Source of the DNA: Candidatus Poribacteria bacterium
GTDB taxonomy: Bacteria > Poribacteria > WGA-4E > WGA-3G
Length of the DNA: 64,000 bases
Reading direction: 5' to 3'
NCBI GenBank assembly: GCA_965197475.1
Contig: CBDANF010000003.1
Span: forward strand, 3,488,001 to 3,552,000
Shown here: positions 58,619 to 64,000 of the stretch, one piece after another
Layout of the letters: each line of letters begins with the position of its first letter
How positions within the stretch are numbered: the stretch's first letter is position 1
The notes under the pieces: model-generated
What the model saw: the letters and a program-made list of their open reading frames with translations, nothing else
Databases searched by the model: none
Told to the model about the DNA's origin: nothing
Made by a program: the position numbers and the translations under genes

Positions 58619-60622
58619 TTCTCCACAAACTTACCCTTAATAACTTCGGTTTGTTCCACGGAACCCAGTCCGTACAACTGACACCTAATGGTACGGGACC
58701 TATAATCTTAATTGGTGGAATGAATGGTTCCGGTAAAACGATGCTGCTTGATGCAGTTCGCCTCTGTCTCTACGGCAAACGTTCGCTGGGGCCCGTGTTA
58801 GCGATAATGAATATTATGAGTACCTTTCCACAATGATCCACCGCACCCCATCCGCAACATTACCATTAAATCAGGCTTCTGTATCACTTGAATTTGAATA
58901 TGCACGCAGTGGTGAAAAAAAATTGTACCGTGTAGAACGTTCTTGGCGGCAGCAAGGTAAAACCCACCGCTCTATAAATGAAGGTTTGACCTTTTCCGAA
59001 AATAACAATTTAAACGTAAACATTGAAGCATCACACTGGCAAGAATATATCAATGAACTCGTTCCAGTTGGAGTATCACAGTTTTTCTTTTTTGACGGTG
59101 AAGATATCCAGAAATTGGTTGATGACTCAAGTCACGATCAGTTTCTTGCAGAATCAACTAAAGCATTGCTCGGTCTAAATTTAGTGGAAAGGTTACAATC
59201 GGATTTGCGAATCTATGCAAACCGTCTGGTCAAGCGCGACAGTCCAGAACCCATTAAAGAAGAAATAGAAGCGATAGAATCAGAAATCTCTACTCTTGAA
59301 ACTTTGTTTGTAGATGCCGAAATACACAAAGAAACACTACAGGATAAAATTGAGAAATTAGAGACGCAGATTGCACGCCAAGAAGCACGTATTGCTGCCG
59401 AAGGCGGCGGTTATGCAGAGAAAAGGGAAAATCTAAATTTACAACAAGGAAAACTCCTTGCTGATATTGAGGCGTTAGAAAATGACATTCGTGACCTTTG
59501 TGAAGAACTATTTCCGTTCTCATTAGTTCCTGAACTACTTGAAAAGTTAAGAGATAGACTTCTTAAAGAGATAGAATTAGACGAGTGGGAAGCGGAAAAG
59601 CGTGCCTTGAAAACCCAAAATAAGCAGCTTCTTGAAACCATCACGTCCGCCACATTTTGGGATGATGCGTCTTTATCTGAAACTGAAATAAAAGCAGTCC
59701 ATACTAAACTTACCCCACTATTGAAAAAGCGACGTAGACGCCCAAAAGAATTGGGAGGATTCAAAATAATCCGTGACCGTTCCCCTTCCGAGTACGGAAA
59801 TCTATTTGACTGGATTGATGCCTGTCTCAACGATGTCCCTCAGGAATTTGTCGAATTGAACAATTCGCTAAAGGAGGCACAATCAGAATTGAAAAAAGTT
59901 GAAGAAGATCTCCAAAGAGTGCCAGCAGAAGAGGTTTTGAAACCGATGATTGAGAAACTGTCGGTATTAAACCAGAAACTTGGACAGTTACGCAAGCAAG
60001 CGCAAGATGCAAACGAATCTATCCACTCCTTGACTTACCAACTTGAGATAGCGGAGCGAAAACGTGAAAAATTACGTTATAATCAGCAGCTTGGACAAGC
60101 ACACATTCGACGCCAAGAACAAGTACACGATGTACATTCAGTCCTTTCGGAGTATACGAAACAATTGACGCAAGCCAAAATTTCTACGTTGAGCAATGCA
60201 ATTGTTGATAGTTTCAATCAACTTTCACACAAAACAAATCGAATTAAACACGTTGAAATAGACCCTCAGAGCTTTGTTGTGACGCTTTACGATACAAACA
60301 ATCACACGCTCTCAAAAGAAGAATTGTCAGCAGGTGAAAAGCAGATATACACAACTGCCGTTTTGTGGGGATTAGCAAAAACCTCCGGCAAGCCACTTCC
60401 GATGATTCTGGCACACCCCTTGGTCGCTTGGACACCAGTCACCGAGAACTTCTTGTTGAACGCTATTTTCCGTACGTTAGTCATCAAGTCATCCTGCTCT
60501 CTACTGACACTGAAATTGATGAACATTCACACTCACTCTTAGAACCTTATATTTCACACATGTTCCATTTAGTATATAAAAAGTCAGACGAAAATACCAC
60601 AATTGAGGAAGGTTATTTTTAG
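58615..60622 (+). pseudogene. dndD: DNA sulfur modification ATPase DndD with two -1 frameshifts (~58790, ~60410)
   Basis: GGMNGSGKT.LLDA..LCLYG | FFFFDGE.I, coiled coil, LSAGEKQI | TPLGRLD..HR..L...YFP..SHQVILLSTDTEI. Confidence 0.88.
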
Positions 60623-60658
60623 AACTATTCCGAAAATTGAATTTCTTGAAGGATCAAA

Positions 60659-61540
60659 ATGGGATTAGCAAATTGGTTTAACACGTTTTGTAGAAATCTC
60701 CAAGTTCAGGATGGGGGGACAATTTCCACTCGTTACAAAGCGATAACTCGTAGACTAAACACAGATTTCTGGAACACAACATCTGATACTTCACATAGCC
60801 TATATGTAGGTTCGTATGGTCGAAATACTGCCATTCAAGGGTTCAGTGATCTTGATATGATTTTTCGACTTCCCTATTCAATTTACAAACAGTACGATCA
60901 ATATGAGGGTAATGGTCAGTCAGCTCTACTACAAGCGGTAAAAAATTCCATTGCAAAGACTTATTCAACTACAACTATTGGAGCAGATGGACAAGTAATT
61001 GAAATTACCTTTACTGATGGTATAACATTTGAAATTGTACCCGCCTTTATCAATACTAATGACAGTTACACTTATCCTGATTCAAATGATGGAGGATGCT
61101 GGCGCGTAACGAACCCGAAGCCGGAAATTGAAGCCATTCGAACTAGGAACAACGATTGCAACAATAACTTAGTGCCATTGTGCAGGATGATGCGGGCATG
61201 GAAATCAAAATGGACTGTGCCGATTGGAGGACTTTTAGTTGATACCCTTACTTACCAGTTCATCGCCAGCTGGAAATATAGGTATAAATCCTTTTTGTAC
61301 TACGGTTATATGTGTAGAGATTTCTTTCTCTTTATGGCAAACCAAGACGCAGATCAGGAATATTGGCTTGCACCAGGTAGTGGACAGTATGTTTATGGGA
61401 AAGGGCTCTTTCAATGGAAAGCTAAGAGGTGTTACAACATCTCTCTTGAAGCAATAGCACATGAAAACGCTAATCCAAAACGTGAATGGTCAGCAAAGCA
61501 AAAATGGAGAGAAATCTTTGGAAACTCGTTCCCATCTTAA
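60659..61540 (+). CDS. SMODS/CD-NTase-like nucleotidyltransferase (CBASS-type cyclase)
   Basis: VGSYGRNTAI.GFSDLDM, DGQV, FEIVPAF, YPDSN.GG.W..TNP, W.EIFG..FP. Confidence 0.88.
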   Translation: MGLANWFNTFCRNLQVQDGGTISTRYKAITRRLNTDFWNTTSDTSHSLYVGSYGRNTAIQGFSDLDMIFRLPYSIYKQYDQYEGNGQSALLQAVKNSIAKTYSTTTIGADGQVIEITFTDGITFEIVPAFINTNDSYTYPDSNDGGCWRVTNPKPEIEAIRTRNNDCNNNLVPLCRMMRAWKSKWTVPIGGLLVDTLTYQFIASWKYRYKSFLYYGYMCRDFFLFMANQDADQEYWLAPGSGQYVYGKGLFQWKAKRCYNISLEAIAHENANPKREWSAKQKWREIFGNSFPS

Positions 61541-62135
61541 TGACTTGTCTGAACCGTGTCAGGTACTTGAAGGGCAGCTGCGTGAGTGTTTTGGCAGAGT
61601 TGTTTATTCACACAAAACCCATGAAAAATGTGCGGATATTCTTTTGAAACGCCTTTCAAGAATGAAATCTTGCGTAATTGTTCTATCTGCGATAACGACA
61701 GTTGGTTGTATTTCGCAGCTTTTCAGTTTAGAAAGAATAGGTGCAATCATTGCAAGTTTTATTTCTGCCATACTTCTCGGCTTCACTCTATACACGAAGG
61801 ATTATAATTTAGCTGAGCTTGCACAAAAGCATAAACAAGCAGCAAATAATATTTGGCTTATTCGAGAAAAATATCAATCGTTAATCACGGATCTAATAAT
61901 TGGAGAAAAACCGATAGAAACTATACAACATGAAAGGGATATCTTGATGGAAGACCTTCATTTAGCTTATTCCAGTGCACCAAGTACCACTTCTAAAGCT
62001 TATAAGAAAGCACAACAAGCATTGAAGTACAATGAGGATATGACATTTTCAGATGAGGAAATTGATGTGTTTTTACCTAAAGAACTGAGGCGAAATCAGA
62101 CTGCTGTTTCACAATCAAATGACCAATATTCATAA
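61518..62135 (+). CDS. SLATT-domain 2-TM effector
   Basis: LEGQLRECFGRVVYSHKTHEKCAD, two TM helices, HK.AA..IW.IRE.Y.SL..D, AP.T..KAY..A..ALK.NE..TFS..EID.FLP. Confidence 0.85.
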   Translation: METRSHLNDLSEPCQVLEGQLRECFGRVVYSHKTHEKCADILLKRLSRMKSCVIVLSAITTVGCISQLFSLERIGAIIASFISAILLGFTLYTKDYNLAELAQKHKQAANNIWLIREKYQSLITDLIIGEKPIETIQHERDILMEDLHLAYSSAPSTTSKAYKKAQQALKYNEDMTFSDEEIDVFLPKELRRNQTAVSQSNDQYS

Positions 62136-62218
62136 TTCTGTTTTATTCTTCTTACCCTTAAAGATTACGTTCAAGTCTCCTAAATTCCTCCATGAATAGT
62201 ATTAGGCAACCCACTAAG

Positions 62219-63172
62219 TTATATTCTCAGCACTTTCTCACGATGCCAACTCAAAGCCTCTTGATCCGGAAAAAGTTCCTTTTGTTCAGGCAGCAAAATT
62301 GACTTATCCCGCAGTGTACTTAGTAACCACTCCGTTGGTCCCCGCTCCGACATCAACTCTGAAACAATCACTGTATAGGTATCGCTAAAAGAAATAAGAC
62401 CTTCATCAAATGCCCAATGGTGTAATTGGCAAAGAGAAATCCCATTCCGCACATCGTCGTTGTTCGAAATTGTAAACGGTATTATGTGTGCTGCCTCAGT
62501 CACACTTTGTCCATCTAATGTAAGAATATGAAGTTGACAAACAACACAAGTGTATTCGTAAATTCGCATAATTGCCCGGCGGAACGCGGGTTTGCGAACT
62601 GGATTTTCTGCTTCGATTGGTGCTGTCTGTTGTAACGCAATAAATTCGTGTTCCACTTGTTCAAGTATTTTCTGACTATATTCACCAATTTGCCTTTCTT
62701 CAGCAATGAGATTTTGGATTTCTTCCTTGAAGTCAGACAAATAGGTACTGATAATTGTTTGACGAATGATCTCTCGTGTTTCAGGTTCAACAAGTAAAGC
62801 AAAGAGCTCATCGTCAAAACTACCGAAAGCCACAATTTCACGAAGACGAGAAACTGTCTTTATCTGAGTGACTACTCTTAACGCCGTTTCATATCCAGGA
62901 TTCGCGTAAAGATGCCAAAATAGGCGTTTATCCAAGTGGAAAAATGGTAATGCAAGATTAGGCTTTCGATCAGTGATTTTTGTCCAATACTTCACGAATG
63001 CCTCCATTAAACCGGGAGAAAGAGTGACTTTGTTTTCTTCAATCTGTCCCTGCTCAATCAGCTCAATAATTGCCAACAAGAGCACTGGTTGGTGAGGGGC
63101 ATTGCCGTGTGCCCTGTCTATTCGCAAGTTTTTAATCTCATGGAGATATTTTTGTAGGGTATTGCTAAACAT
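62219..63172 (-). CDS. HNH endonuclease with N-terminal sulfur-binding domain (phosphorothioate-dependent REase-like)
   Basis: APHQPVLLL and PFFHL...W SBD-like motifs; FRRAI..Y...CVVC, EAAHIIP, NGISLC..HHWAFD. Confidence 0.82.
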   Translation of the reverse strand: MFSNTLQKYLHEIKNLRIDRAHGNAPHQPVLLLAIIELIEQGQIEENKVTLSPGLMEAFVKYWTKITDRKPNLALPFFHLDKRLFWHLYANPGYETALRVVTQIKTVSRLREIVAFGSFDDELFALLVEPETREIIRQTIISTYLSDFKEEIQNLIAEERQIGEYSQKILEQVEHEFIALQQTAPIEAENPVRKPAFRRAIMRIYEYTCVVCQLHILTLDGQSVTEAAHIIPFTISNNDDVRNGISLCQLHHWAFDEGLISFSDTYTVIVSELMSERGPTEWLLSTLRDKSILLPEQKELFPDQEALSWHREKVLRI

Positions 63173-63275
63173 TTTCCTTATAATGTATCTCAACATTACG
63201 CAAAATCGAAAATGAGCACACTCTACCGTCTATGACGGTTCTGATGATGTTTGTCTTTTTATTCAGTCACTGTTC

Positions 63276-64000
63276 TTAAGGTGATAATCTACTTTTTTCA
63301 ATTAACAGTGCAGCTGCCTCATCTATGGTGACCTCTTCATCTTTTGCAAAGCGTCCCAATGCTCTATGAATTTGATGTCCAAGTGTAACAGAAATTTGTG
63401 TAACCTTTTCACCACTCTTTGCACGTTCAATCACTTCATCTACAGATGCAAAAGGATTCTCTGCAAATTGATTTTGAATATTCTTCTGTTGTGCCCCACT
63501 CATGCTCGTCATTTCTTTCGCAAGTTTTACGAATTCCTGCGGATCTGGTTCGCCTTCTGTAGCGAGTGCATCCTGAGCACGAAGGGCAGCCTTCAAGTCA
63601 GCTTCTCCAGTGTCGACAGCCTCTTGAAGATCGGGGATTAACCTATCATATTTGACATACTGCCCAACTTTTGTAGTGGAAAGTCCTGTTTCCTTTGCCA
63701 CTGCTTTTACTGATGCATAATGCTTATAAAGGTGAGTACAAACGTCAATAAGGTCTTTCCTGTTAAGGTCGCTACGAACAATGTTTTCCGTTACCGACAA
63801 CACTTTTGCGTCAATTTCATCCAAACGTTCGTCAAGTATCCCAGCCATAATTGTTTTTTCGTTCAGTTCGTGATGTGCTAAAAAACGTCTTTGGCCGAGT
63901 ATAATTTCATATTTATCACTGGATTCCAATGGAGCAACGAGTATAGGTTCTAAAAGTCCTTTTTTTTGAATGCTGTTTTTCAAATCATCGAGATCTTTTT
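63276..64000 (-). CDS. ParB/RepB/Spo0J-like N-terminal domain protein (5' end outside window)
   Basis: L..SI...GLLEPILV, YEIILGQRRFLA, S.TEN..R.DL, then an HTH-like segment. Confidence 0.8.
   Translation of the reverse strand, partial: KDLDDLKNSIQKKGLLEPILVAPLESSDKYEIILGQRRFLAHHELNEKTIMAGILDERLDEIDAKVLSVTENIVRSDLNRKDLIDVCTHLYKHYASVKAVAKETGLSTTKVGQYVKYDRLIPDLQEAVDTGEADLKAALRAQDALATEGEPDPQEFVKLAKEMTSMSGAQQKNIQNQFAENPFASVDEVIERAKSGEKVTQISVTLGHQIHRALGRFAKDEEVTIDEAAALLIEKSRLSP

Noticed and set aside
1-64000. tRNA, rRNA, prophage or integron
   Set aside because: No such sequences or hallmark genes were recognised by eye.

Overview
Bacterial chromosomal window, most likely Candidatus Poribacteria. 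This is inferred from a WD40-cohesin-dockerin protein with the 'TALLPNYPNPFNPETWIPY...RKMLI' tail, an 'AVEPTAKLTTIWAQVK' C-terminal motif, sulfatases, PhyH dioxygenases and REP-like intergenic repeats. Housekeeping genes include the groEL 3' end, rnpA-yidD-yidC-jag-mnmE, nfi, gmhA, ccmC, map and miaB. They are interspersed with mobile DNA: an ISKra4 pseudogene, two IS1595-family elements, ISAs1 and IS630 remnants, and MITEs. Defence genes include a RelE-type TA pair, an orphan hsdS, an ATPase + PIN-like pair, an AvaI/BsoBI-type R-M system, dndC-dndD, a SMODS-SLATT (CBASS-like) pair and an SBD-HNH nuclease. The most striking observation is a ~2 kb element (34071-36074) bounded by perfect 13-bp terminal inverted repeats, with no target duplication. 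It encodes only two paralogous DUF1670-like proteins and no recognisable transposase. It also carries a near-consensus sigma70 promoter for a predicted ~125-nt four-hairpin RNA, and one loop of that RNA matches 11 nt of host DNA just outside the element's other end. This makes it a candidate new, possibly RNA-guided, transposable element. An unannotated UxxC selenoprotein with a SECIS-like hairpin is also present. All family calls come from motif recognition by eye, not database searches.
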